A stretch of 63,035 nt of DNA, filler included, from Octopus bimaculoides (Eukaryota), in the NCBI RefSeq assembly GCF_001194135.2. It is 5 parts of 4 records of this genome, joined end to end, with 100 filler letters (N's around TTAATTAATTAA, not from the genome) between each part and the next. Parts side by side here need not be neighbours in the genome. Positions count along the whole stretch, not along the records: positions 17,053 to 47,416 come from NC_068981.1; 4 more parts are not named here. One strand, given 5' to 3'. Under the pieces are notes generated by a model. The model was not told the origin of the DNA, made no database searches, and saw nothing but the letters and a program-made list of their open reading frames with translations. Below, in pieces: positions 21,788 to 34,066 of the stretch. How positions within the stretch are numbered: position 1 is the stretch's first letter; each line of letters begins with the position of its first letter. Both the position numbers and the translations under genes were made by a program.

Positions 21788-23667
21788 AAATGTGAATATA
21801 TATATATTGTCTCTTCCCTTCCACCTCTAACCCGTATTGAACACAGCAGTCATGCTGGGGCACTGCCAGACGTGTTTAGTCGGAAGAATCGACAAACAGA
21901 AGTTTGGATGTGTGGCTTTCAGTTATTTCATAAATGGAAAAATGCTTTAAATACTACAAAACGTATATGCAAGACAGACACCAGGACCTAAATTCTTCAT
22001 CAGTCATCGACCGAAAGTACTAATAACTAGGCATCTAGTGGCAAAAGGCGGAAAATGGAAAATCTGTCATCGGTCACGTGTGAGTAGCAGATACAAGGGA
22101 AGGAGAGAGAAAGTGAGTGGCAGAGAGAGAAAAAGAAAGAAAAGGGGAAGGAAGCGAAATGTCTACAATTAAGTGTGAGAAGATGAAAGAGAGGGAGTGA
22201 GGAACTAGGGATGCAAGAAAAGGAAAATCAAGATGAGAAAGAAAGCAAGAGTTGCAAAGGATACATACAAACTTACTCTTAAGAAAAGTCGGGATGCCTT
22301 GCGTTCCGTTATTCCATAAATGAAAAATGCATTAAATACTAAAAATCGTACACGTAGGACAGACACTAGGACCAAAATTCTTCATCAGTTATCGACCTAA
22401 AATACTAATAACTAGTTTCATGCCCCTAACGATAAAACAAGAAGCTTCGTATATTGGCGGCTCCCGCGAGATTTACGTAGAATTAGGGCTCGAGCAAACA
22501 AAATAATACAGGGTGGATGTACGAAAGTAAACAAAAGTAATTTGAAACGGTAGGGGGAGACTGTAAATAAAGCCTTAGGGTCAAACAGGAGAATAATGGT
22601 TTCACGCCTGGAAGAAATCTTCAAATGGAAATAAAAACAGGATTTGTTAGAAAGAAGAAAATAGGAGAAAAAAAAGTTGACCAGCACGTTAGGCGTCCAG
22701 TGGCGAAGAGGCGGAAAATGGAAAAATCAGTCACNNNNNNNNNNNNNNNNNNNNNNNNNNNNNNNNNNNNNNNNNNNNNNNNNNNNNNNNNNNNNNNNNN
22801 NNNNNNNNNNNNNNNNNNNNNNNNNNNNNNNNNNNNNNNNNNNNNNNNNNNNNNNNNNNNNNNNNNNNNNNNNNNNNNNNNNNNNNNNNNNNNNNNNNNN
22901 NNNNNNNNNNNNNNNNNNNNNNNNNNNNNNNNNNNNNNNNNNNNNNNNNNNNNNNNNNNNNNNNNNNNNNNNNNNNNNNNNNNNNNNNNNNNNNNNNNNN
23001 NNNNNNNNNNNNNNNNNNNNNNNNNNNNNNNNNNNNNNNNNNNNNNNNNNNNNNNNNNNNNNNNNNNNNNNNNNNNNNNNNNNNNNNNNNNNNNNNNNNN
23101 NNNNNNNNNNNNNNNNNNNNNNNNNNNNNNNNNNNNNNNNNNNNNNNNNNNNNNNNNNNNNNNNNNNNNNNNNNNNNNNNNNNNNNNNNNNNNNNNNNNN
23201 NNNNNNNNNNNNNNNNNNNNNNNNNNNNNNNNNNNNNNNNNNNNNNNNNNNNNNNNNNNNNNNNNNNNNNNNNNNNNNNNNNNNNNNNNNNNNNNNNNNN
23301 NNNNNNNNNNNNNNNNNNNNNNNNNNNNNNNNNNNNNNNNNNNNNNNNNNNNNNNNNNNNNNNNNNNNNNNNNNNNNNNNNNNNNNNNNNNNNNNNNNNN
23401 NNNNNNNNNNNNNNNNNCTACACTATATTCTCTAATATTACACACCTCCATACAAACCAAGCTAATAGGTAGTTGCACATGTTTAGCATTTTTGTTATAC
23501 ACTTTCGAAATCTCATAGAGAGATGTGAAGAAGAAGCGTTTTATATTATCCAATGATATATATGTGTATGTGTGTGATCATATATGTGCGTATCATTTTG
23601 TATCTGTGTGTGCGTGTGTGAAATATTTGCGCAAATTATTAAAGTAGTAAAGATTAAAGTAGTAAAG

Positions 23668-23706
<39 letters not shown>

Positions 23707-24907
23707 TTTTCTTCCTGTGCTATTTGTTTAAGCTCTATGTGCTTCCATACATTGCCATTATTTCCTTTCCTCCTTGCAGGATGGATTAATTATCTGTTCA
23801 GGACTGTAAATTTATGTAATTATTAGAAACATGCATACAAGATATATTAAAACGCACGTCGTTTGTCGTAATATCCTATGACTTTCTCTAAATGTTCATG
23901 CAACTTGGTATAAGGACAATAATTTATCGCCTACTAATAAGTATAAATAAAAGCATTATTAAACGTTACCCTCCAGTTTTGTTTATGACGGACTGAATTT
24001 AAATTCTTTACATATGCAAGAAAGAAGGAAAATGCGAGGTTAAACAAAATCTATAAATGAGACGAAGTGTGAGGTGTTATAAAATGAAAGTAAGGTTAAT
24101 CAAACAGTCTGTAATGGACTTCCAATAATTACTTTTCAAGCATATTTTAACAGTAGAATGAGAAGTAATTATTGGAAACTAATGCTATACGAACATACAC
24201 ATGTATACACACAAACGTACACACACATATATGATGAGAAAGAGAGACAGAAAAGGAGAGAGAAACAGACTGACAGAGACAGACAGAAGAGGAGTGAAAG
24301 AGAAACATATATGTTCCATTTACTTTGCAAGAAATAGTATCTCTGTATCTCTTTACGAGAAAATAATGTGTGTGGCAAATTACTAAGTGTTAATTTTCAA
24401 TGGTGTCAAATTATTAGTTATAATTGCGCATGATATAATAGTATAATGTCATATTATATTACAATGGAACGTATATTTTTCGACATGGATTGGCTTGAAG
24501 GTAGATTTATGCTTAATGCTAATGAGACCAAGTAGCAGATACCAGGTTATATATCAACGACAAGTAATAAATAAATGAGACAAAATTATGAAATTGCAAC
24601 GCTTAAAACTGTTTATCATTACACAACATATAATAGCTAATATTGCATATAACATTTTCTCTTTCGATCCGTCTTCTACACTATATTCTCTAATATTACA
24701 CACCTCCATACAAACCAAGCTAATAGGTAGTTGCACATGTTTAGCATTTTTGTTATACACTTTCGAAATCTCATAGAGAGATGTGAAGAAGAAGCGTTTT
24801 ATATTATCCAATGATATATATGTGTATGTGTGTGATCATATATGTGCGTATCATTTTGTATCTGTGTGTGCGTGTGTGAAATATTTGCGCAAATTATTAA
24901 AGTAGTA

Positions 24908-24910
24908 AAG

Positions 24911-24957
<47 letters not shown>

Positions 24958-25083
24958 NNNNNNNNNNNNNNNNNNNNNNNNNNNNNNNNNNNNNNNNNNN
25001 NNNNNNNNNNNNNNNNNNNNNNNTTATCATCATTATTATTATTATTATTATTATCATCATTATTATTATTATTATTATTATCA

Positions 25084-25132
<49 letters not shown>

Positions 25133-25165
25133 CTTCATCATAACCAGGCTTATTATTATTATTAC
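24908..25165. repeat. (ATT)n/(ATC)n trinucleotide array, partly gapped
   Basis: Direct reading. Confidence 0.95.
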
Positions 25166-25334
25166 AGTTTTTTTTTCTTCAAATTTTCTTCCATTTCTCG
25201 CCGAGTATTTTCCGTACACCTAGGACAGAGAAGCTCATTGTATGCATTCCCAATTTACACACGCAAATGCACAGGTGAAATATGTATTTAAAAAAAAAAT
25301 AATCAATAAAAAAATTCATGAATGGATGTTGTTT

Positions 25335-26215
25335 TCACCGCGATAATGCTCTTCTCATTACATGAGTCTTTCCAGTTAACACGATTTTTTGCACTTCCTG
25401 TAGAGATGGTAAGCCTGCTATTATTTTCAAGTAGACTTCAGTACCTTTCTTTATCATTCCTAGAGATCCTACAATCACTGGTACGGTAGTCGCCTTAAGA
25501 TGCCACATTTTTTTCAATTTCTATTAGCAAGTCTTTATATTTACTGATCTTGTCAAATTCTTTCGCCGCTATATTGTGATCGCAAGGAATACTCATGTCA
25601 ATTAATAAACACGCCTTTTTTGTTTGATCTTTTATAATAATATCCGGTTTATTAGTTTTTATAGTTTTGTCTGTATATACGAGGAAGTCCCAGAAAATCA
25701 ACACGTTTTATCTCTCAGTCACAGCTTCAGGGTAGTGTTTGTACCATTTGTCATTATTTTGATTTTATAATGTCGACATATTGTTCAGTGTAAATACTGG
25801 TCGACTCTGTCATATCTTGCTTTATATTCTACAAGTGCTAAAACTCTACACCCTGATATTAGGTGGTCTATAGTTTCAATCGCATCGTTACAGATTCGGC
25901 ATTTTGGGTCAGCTCCATTTTTTATCACATTGGCGTGGCAGTTCCGGGTTAATAAGCTTTCGTTTTGAGCAGCTAACATGAAACCTTCACTTTCTGATTT
26001 TAGCCCTGAGATTCGTAACCATTGATGCTTGCGTTTCTGGTCGACATCAGCTTGTTTGCTACGAGCCACATACTTGCCATGCAGAGGTTTCTGTTCCCAT
26101 CTGCTAGCTAATTTTTCATGTGCTTTGTCTTTGCAATTAATTTTATTTTCTATGCAGCAGCAGTTGGCGCATTTCCTTCAACCAGATCAATCTGGTAGGT
26201 ATTTAAGAGATCAGT
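25335..26215 (-). mobile_element. R4/Dong-like non-LTR retrotransposon, 3' fragment with CCHC knuckle and restriction-like endonuclease
   Basis: Translates to RWEQKPLHGKY...CRICNDAIETIDHLISGC (CCHC)...IFWDF...NKPDIIIKD...LLIDMSIP...KISKYKDL...VPVIVGSLG, a PD-(D/E)xK RLE. Frameshifted. Confidence 0.88.
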
Positions 26216-29200
26216 AACGAATTATTATTATTGTTATTATTATTATTATTGTTATTGTTGTTGGTGTTGTTGTTGTTTTTGTTGTTGTTTTTGTTGTTGT
26301 TGTTGTTATTATTATTATTATTATTATTATCTAGGTAGTTAAGTAACTGGAGACTAACCGAAGGATGCTAAATGTATTTAACTATCAGGAATAATTTTGA
26401 AATATAATTGATGTTTTTATGCTATATTTTAATAACTGATAGGAACTGTTGTGACAATTGATATAAAGTTTTCATTTTGGATTTGTAGTAATATTTATAT
26501 ATATATTTACTTAACCATCATTAAAAGAAAAGCTACACTTCAATGGGCAACTTCTATTTCACCTTCGAATATAACGTGTGATCAGCACAAGAAAATAGGG
26601 TTAGAATATTTTTTCTTGAACTCCAAATGATTTTATTTCTAGTGGCTGAAGACTTGGGCTAGGCCTTTGCCATTTAAACAGAAAGCTTTCTCTTTGTGAC
26701 AACAGTTCATGTTTAGGATTTAATATTAGCATAACTTAAATAATGATGTGAATAATGATACTTTTTTAACTTTTTGATACGCGTAAATGGAATATAAGGT
26801 TTTATAGAACTTATTTACCATAGGATATATTTTAAACACAATCGATTTCCTATAGTCTATAGATAATACATGTCTACATCTGTAGAAGAATAGGAACAAT
26901 TATTAAGTATTTAGGTGAAAATATTTAGTATAATGTTTTGTATGTGTGTGAAGATTCGGCAACACAGTACTACAGGAATAACAAATGTTATTGCAGTTCA
27001 AAATATTATTGCTGCATTTAATGCAATAATGTCTAACGTGTTATAGTATATTCATGAATGGAAGTTCGATAAAAAGTTGAATGCATTTCCTGGAACGAAT
27101 CTTTAAATGTTTGACGTATAGTTCCATGTGTACAAATATTTTCATTTTGAAAGTTCTTGAACCTGTATACGACTAGAGAAAAAAATAAAATCTGGAAGCC
27201 ATTATCAATGAATGATATCAAAATTTCAAAATCAATGAATATCCATACAACAATCAGATGTGTGCATTTGTTTAACGTGGTAAACAAAAAAGTAAATCTT
27301 CTAAGGCTTCATAGTATTCTATTAGTGACCAGGTCGCATTTGTGCGACGTAAATTTCACGTGATAAGAAATAAATGATGAGTATTTAGTAGCTTTTCTCT
27401 GGTAATAATGCTGTTATTTTCGTACAGTAGGCAATTATGTAGATCGTATAGAGCAAATGTAAATTTTATTATTGCAATCAGTAACCCAAATAAACCAAAC
27501 AATTAATATGACTTTAAAGGAATCAAATCATGTAATGTATAGTGATATCATGATCGGCAGAATTTTTCCTCCATTCATCTAAGCATGTAAGTTGGTTCAG
27601 AACCAAAATCCTGAGGTATCAAATTATCAATGTGATGTTTGTTTTCAGCCCCACTAAAGCTGCTCTGTAGAAACTATGAAGATGTTATACTTTTAACGTC
27701 TCAACAAACAATCTACAGAAGAAAATGTTTTAATAGTGTTAGAGACATAAGGATACAGAATCATAAGAACAACGGTTAGCAAGAACCTGATATTCTAGTA
27801 AACAGCAGTAATATACGAAATAAAATAAAATTATATGTATATAAAACAACTGTATGTGAAGGAAGAGGTAGAGCAACGTGTGATTCATTTGATGGGCAAG
27901 GGCTTAGTTGTAACCCACTGGGATATAAGACTGAGGTTAGTTTTTTTTTCCTTCATTGCAATCTAACTTACTTACTTCGGTTAACATTGTATTGCAGGGA
28001 TGATTTCTACGCTGAGACAATTTAGAAAACCCAGAAACTAAAGACCCTTAATAACTAGTTGATCAGAAATATTTTCTCTACAACCTGACCTATCAAGTTA
28101 TAATACTTTCTGAAGATTTAAGGAAGTTAGATATATACACAAGAATATGAGCCAATCCTTGATTCCGTTAAGACGTATTTAGTAAACTTTAAGAAACCGT
28201 ATTATTCTCTATTATGAAATGTGTTCATCGTATGCCAATAGTAATGCAAACAACATAACTCCAGAAAGCAGTATAGATGGTGATAACTACTATCGATGGC
28301 GATAATTAAAATATGTGCCAATGAACAAAATTAGGGTTTTCTTAAAAGAGTTAGAAGTCTACAAGTAATAAAAAAAATGGTGGATAACAAATCCTTTCTA
28401 ATACAATTCAGATAAAATTCATTCCGATTTGTTTTCTCAACAATAATGTTAGAAAATAATTTAAGAAATATTTTGAAGCGCATCACTATCTGCTAACTGG
28501 AGACACAAATTCAGACTGGTTTTTGAAGAAGTTGTTTAAAACGGGTAAACCACAATAACGATCCGAATGCATGATACTCTTTTGCCTGATAGATGATCCA
28601 CAACTGTGAATTTATATAAGCATCAATATGTCAGCATTATTATTTTAGTTATCATTCTTAACAACCATTTCCATATTATTACACTTACAGTTATTAAAGA
28701 TGTGAACTGAAATTAAAATTTTCTGTCTCTTAACACAGCATTGAAGTTCATACTTTCTACGTCAAGCCACGCATAGTTTGATTACTCAGTTGGTATATGA
28801 TATTAATGGTAGAAGAACGTGCCTATTTTTTAAGAAATTACATTTTCCTCTTCCTATATTTGAATTCATTGATTCCCTTAGTATCCACTGGCAGAGTATT
28901 ATAGGTAATTAATAATATCCCTACTTTCAAATTGAAACACTATTTCCACACATATATATGATTGCATTTTTAATTAATTGTAAAAAGTATATATACATGC
29001 GCGTGTGCGCCTATGTGCATGATGTATGTGTGTATACATGTATGTATGTATGCACGGACGTATGTATATAATGGAAGTTATGCATATGCATAAGCGTATA
29101 CACCCATACATATATGCTCGTATTTTATTTGTGTGTGTGTCTGCGTGTGAGTGTGTTTGAGTATGTATGTGCGTGTGCCTGTGTGCCTGTGTTTTTGGGG

Positions 29201-29842
29201 AGGAAGAAAACAGAAGCAGCATGCATATAATCAATTATTTTAGAACAACTGAAATTATACAAAATTATATTCAATAGATGTAAAATTACAATTGCTTCTG
29301 TTAATTAGATACAAACGATGTAATCCCACTGTAAAAGTAACTACCCTTCCTTTCCTCTACCGTTTGACAAATTAAGTTTATGTACGATAATTTCTCACGA
29401 TATTATTCAGATAAAAGTAACCCATATTTCTATTTAAAATTATAGATGAAGTTGCATCAGCTACCACGAAAAGATCCTGCCTTCATAAAACCTCGAATAG
29501 TAGCACATGAGTTTTACGAACATATCAAAAATGTAAATGGTATATACTCTAAATCATGCTATTACAGTATAAATTATAACAGATATTTAATTATTGTGAT
29601 GCACAATAAAGCAAAAAATCTACCTTATTAAACAAGTAGGCTAAAATGCATCTCAATGATATGTTTCTTTATAAACATGATGAAATTGTTTCAGCATTCA
29701 AGCACATCATTCAATGAATAGTTTTATAGTTTCTTTTGCAAACTTAAAACTTTCAGTAGGACAAACCATGATCTCTAGGATACTTCTAATCCACTAGTCC
29801 AGATAATGCCTAATAATTCGTAATTGATACATCATAACATTG

Positions 29843-30420
29843 ATTGGGTCATTCCATAAATAATGCGGGTTTTTTATACGATTTTTATTTCTCAAAATCA
29901 CGATAAACAAAGCAATGTATTTTATTCTAAAATATACTCTCCTTCATTTTCTGAAATGCTGTTCCATCTATCTGGTAGACTTGCAAGGCCCCTCTTCCAA
30001 TATACTCCTCTAGTACTGATCTGACCTTGTCTACAGAATTCATATTTTTCGGATCCAAATGATTTTGAAGACTGCAGGATATATAATGTTCAGAAGGGCA
30101 AATATGTCCAACAAATATAGTGAGTGGAGCATCGTTTCACATTCGAACTTTTCCAGCCTTTCGAATGTCATCCTCGCTGTATATGGCCAATCATTATCCT
30201 GATGCAAGATAATCTTTCGTCTTGATACCAAAGATGGTCGTTTTTCTTCTAGCGATGACTTCAGCCGCTCAAGCTGCTCGCAGTACACCTCCTTTGTTAT
30301 CGTTTGTTTTGGGTTTAAGAGTTCAAAGTGAACTAAACCTTTCATATACCACCTTTATCTACCTAATTATTGATTGTAAAACGCAATATAAGGGCACTTG
30401 GTAGCTGACATGATATCAGT
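29843..30420 (-). mobile_element. Mariner transposase relic (catalytic domain) with probable terminal sequence at ~29843
   Basis: ORF 30040..30345 reads GLVHFELLNPKQTITKEVYCEQLERLKSSLEEKRP...IILHQDNDWPYTARMT, corresponding to the mariner HQDNARPH region. Confidence 0.85.
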
Positions 30421-32226
30421 GCTAGTGCTCAAATATTTCTTTTATACAGGAGTACACGATTTTGTATTTATTATATATGACACGGCTTCACGAGCTTCAC
30501 TTTCCAATTCAGATGCTCCATGCATATTAGACCTTTGCAGTCATGCAAACTTTTCTAATTTTATAATAATAGATAACATGTAGATGAATAGCATAACTCA
30601 TGGTTTGCCTTAAAGAAAAGAAATCCTTGTAACCATACCCTGCTGATGACAGTATATCTTCTTTACCATCACAATTGTAGACTAGTTACATATTGATATA
30701 TGGCCAACATCATTATACTTCTGTTTTATTTCTGGCAAATAAATTGTCACAACTTTTCTGAACTTTACAAACGTTAAACTTCAACATCATTAAGGATTTC
30801 ATACAGCGTTTAAATATATTATTAATAAGTCGTTTGCATAGTCAGAGTTAGAAATCCATTTTATTTCCTATCAGACATTTTAGTATTCAGTGCAGAAAAC
30901 GATCTTGCTTGTTTGTGTAAATTGGTTTCTCGTATGAGTGACGGTAGAGCAGAAATATAATGTTTCTCACTTCTCACCTTTCGTACCTATGAAAGAAAAG
31001 GATCGTGAACTTCACTCATTTTTCAAATGTCATAACAAACTCAAGATATTATCACGTTCCTCCTTCCCCTACAATTTTCTTTTACTTTCTTATCTTTTTA
31101 ATTCATACATGCTAATACAAAGCCTTGTGATGTAAGTGCTTTGATCACATATCTGAGATGAAGCATAAGATTTAAACATATTAATTCTAGACTGAATCTT
31201 ATGTGATGAGAAGAATCGAGCTTTACTGAATAGAAATAATATACCTTTTTCTATGGAATCCATGAATACTAATAGTAAATGAAAGTTCTTCAGGTCCTTT
31301 TGACTATTAATCAGAATAATTCCGAACACTTACAAATGAATAATTAAGCTTCCCTTAGAGTGGGTTTAAAAACAACATGTGCATTGATTATAAGTGAAGT
31401 TATCAAACTTTAGGAAATATAAGGTTTTGGAATAATATCTGAAACAAAATTTTATAAAATGAAAATGTTTGATTCCACATGATGTTTCACATCCACAGCT
31501 ATAGATGAAACTATCATAACCACAAATGTATTACACTATAATGAACGAAATATTTTGTATCAACTTTGATAATTTATCTAAAAATTATACTCTTGCGCCA
31601 AAATTTCTGTTTTTGCCTTAGGTAAATTTTGTCCTTTCAAATTGAGATGTTCCATGCGTATCATACCTTTACAAGCATGCAAACGTTTCTAATTTCATAA
31701 TAACAAACATGCCACAAATCTAACTGCCGTTACTAAAGGCAGCCTAATTAAATATTTCCTAAACAAGCCTCCAACAAACTATTTACTGTCACTGATAAAT
31801 GCGTTTAATTAAACATGGTTCCTGTACGTTTCAAAAAGACTCACAAATGCTAAAAGTTTATAGCCTGCTTAAGTTGTGTTGTGTGCAGGATAAATCAATA
31901 ATGCTGCCACAACATTTTTTAGCGTAGACTTGAACTACCGAGATCTTATATAGTTGAAAAGTAGGTAGAATTGCCTCTCCGAATTACAAGTGTTATTTGC
32001 TAAAGTATTTGTTTAATTAATGATCAACTGCGGATGGATGCACTTTTACTGCAAGCAATGTTCTACGCTCATTATTGCTGACGACGCTATTGTTCAGATT
32101 GCTGGTTTGTTGTTTTTAATTATCATTGTATTTAATTATAATTTCATTAATTATTTAATTATACTATTTCCTTTAAGACACTTTTATTTGTATTATACCA
32201 GAAGTGGTAACTACAAACTATTGTGA

Positions 32227-32290
<64 letters not shown>

Positions 32291-32291
<1 letters not shown>

Positions 32292-32415
32292 CAACTATAA
32301 ATAGAGCTCAAAACTGATCCGTTGGAATGTTCATAGGTCAATTTCATTATTATTATTATTATTATTGTAATAAAGTATTTTTAACGGATCAGTTTTGAGC
32401 TCTATTTAAAGTTGA
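32291..32415. mobile_element. 125-bp MITE-like element with 33-bp TIRs embedded in (TA)n
   Basis: tcaactataaatagagctcaaaactgatccgtt (32291-32323) versus aacggatcagttttgagctctatttaaagttga (32383-32415), one mismatch. TA arrays lie on both sides. Confidence 0.75.
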
Positions 32416-32418
32416 TAT

Positions 32419-32489
<71 letters not shown>

Positions 32490-32558
32490 AAAACTCAACT
32501 GTGAGTATTTTGCTAAGATTGTTAACAGATACTATATTCTTTTGCCAAATTTTTGGTG

Positions 32559-32590
<32 letters not shown>

Positions 32591-32778
32591 TGCCGAAAAT
32601 TACGTCTCATAGAAGCAGTTCATAACTACAACGAATGTGACTCAATACTGAACACAAAAAATGAATGCTTTGCAACCAAATGTAGAAATAAGGCAATATA
32701 GCACATTACCAACTTTCCATTCAATTCCTTACACAAACAATGGATTAAATCCAGCCTCAACGCAAATGATTGGAAAAA

Positions 32779-34066
32779 CCTAATCGCTTGAGCAATTTCC
32801 TCAACATCCCACTTAAACCATTTTTGAAATAAGTTAAAAGTTTCATCAGAGGTAATCTAGACGTGCTTAACTACCTCCGGAAAACACTAAAGGAAGGAAC
32901 CTTATTAGTATCATTCGATGTTGTGAACTTGTACACCAATATTCCACACGATTAGGGTTTAGAAGCAATCACCTTCTGGCTAGAAAAATATCCGGAATAT
33001 ATACCAAGACGCATCAGTCAGACTTCATAATAACGGCATTGAAATGTATCCCTGAGAACAATTATTTCATGTTCGATAAAGTTTAATATCGAGAACGTGT
33101 GGAATTGCAATGGGAACTCGAGGTACCCCAGTGATTGCGAACCTTGTAATGGGCGAATTGGAATTTAAAGTATACCAAGTATCACAACAAAATTACGACA
33201 CCTCATTTCATTGCTATTTAAGGGAGGACTGGGAAAAGGTACTTCAATGATTGTTTTATACTTTAGAACGATAGTATGGACAAACTCATTCATTTCAAAA
33301 TAATGTTCAAATATATCAATAGCAACATAAAATTCACCATGGAACACAGCAATGAATAACTACCTTTCCTTGACATCCTAATTAAAAGAGTGAATAAACG
33401 CATTGAAGCAGACGTCTTTTATAAACCCACAGATTCAGAACACTAACTATCATTCAACTGATGAGACCCAAAACAATAAAAATATGCATACATTATAATC
33501 TTGCAAAAATAATCTGAAACAGTTTTTGATACCAATACCTGTGAACTGAGACTTCGTGAGCTTTAATCAATACTAATCGGGTGACATTACGCCATATTCT
33601 TGATAGATGATAGGATCAAATGACCAAAGAAAATAGACATTCATCATTAAAGAACGTCAACCGAAATGTCACACAAGATTTTAAAGTACTTCCCTACATC
33701 TCCACACACAACACAAGAAAAAATGAGGCATTCAACATCATCATCCAAAATTTAACCATTCTCACTAGAGATAAAACAATGAACGAAATGTTGGGATCGC
33801 ACAAATTTATCAAAAGCAAATTATAACCCAAATCATTGAAAAGAATATTACCCAAACGAGATATAGATTTTTATAAAACGATATCCGTTAACAACGGAAC
33901 TAAAAGTGGAGAAATGCGAGCGTCCCAACTGTAACACATACCCCGACCTTTTGGAGGGTTCAGAATTTCACTTCAAACAAGGTAAAATATTTAAGATAAA
34001 GTCAAACTTCACTTGTACCTCTGAAAATTTAAACTATGTTATTACCTGCTTAGGTTGCAAGTAGTG
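32779..34066 (+). mobile_element. Decayed Penelope-like element: RT, thumb, linker and start of GIY-YIG
   Basis: Translates to RLSNFLNIPLKPFL; LVSFDVVNLYTNIPH; GIAMGTRGTPVIANLVMG; WKRYFNDCFI; IKFTME..LPFLDILI..VFYKPTDS; LPYISTHN; KCERPNCNT...FTCTSENLNYVITCLGCK**. Confidence 0.9.

Noticed and set aside
21990-22025. TTCATCAG...GAAAG as a hammerhead (also ~22380)
   Set aside because: The motif order and orientation do not give a hammerhead on either strand.
23418-24912. Essentially identical ~237-bp direct repeat (23418..23654 and 24676..24912)
   Set aside because: The copies are near-identical and adjacent to gaps or unstable ATT arrays, so misassembly is more likely than true duplication; long reads are needed.
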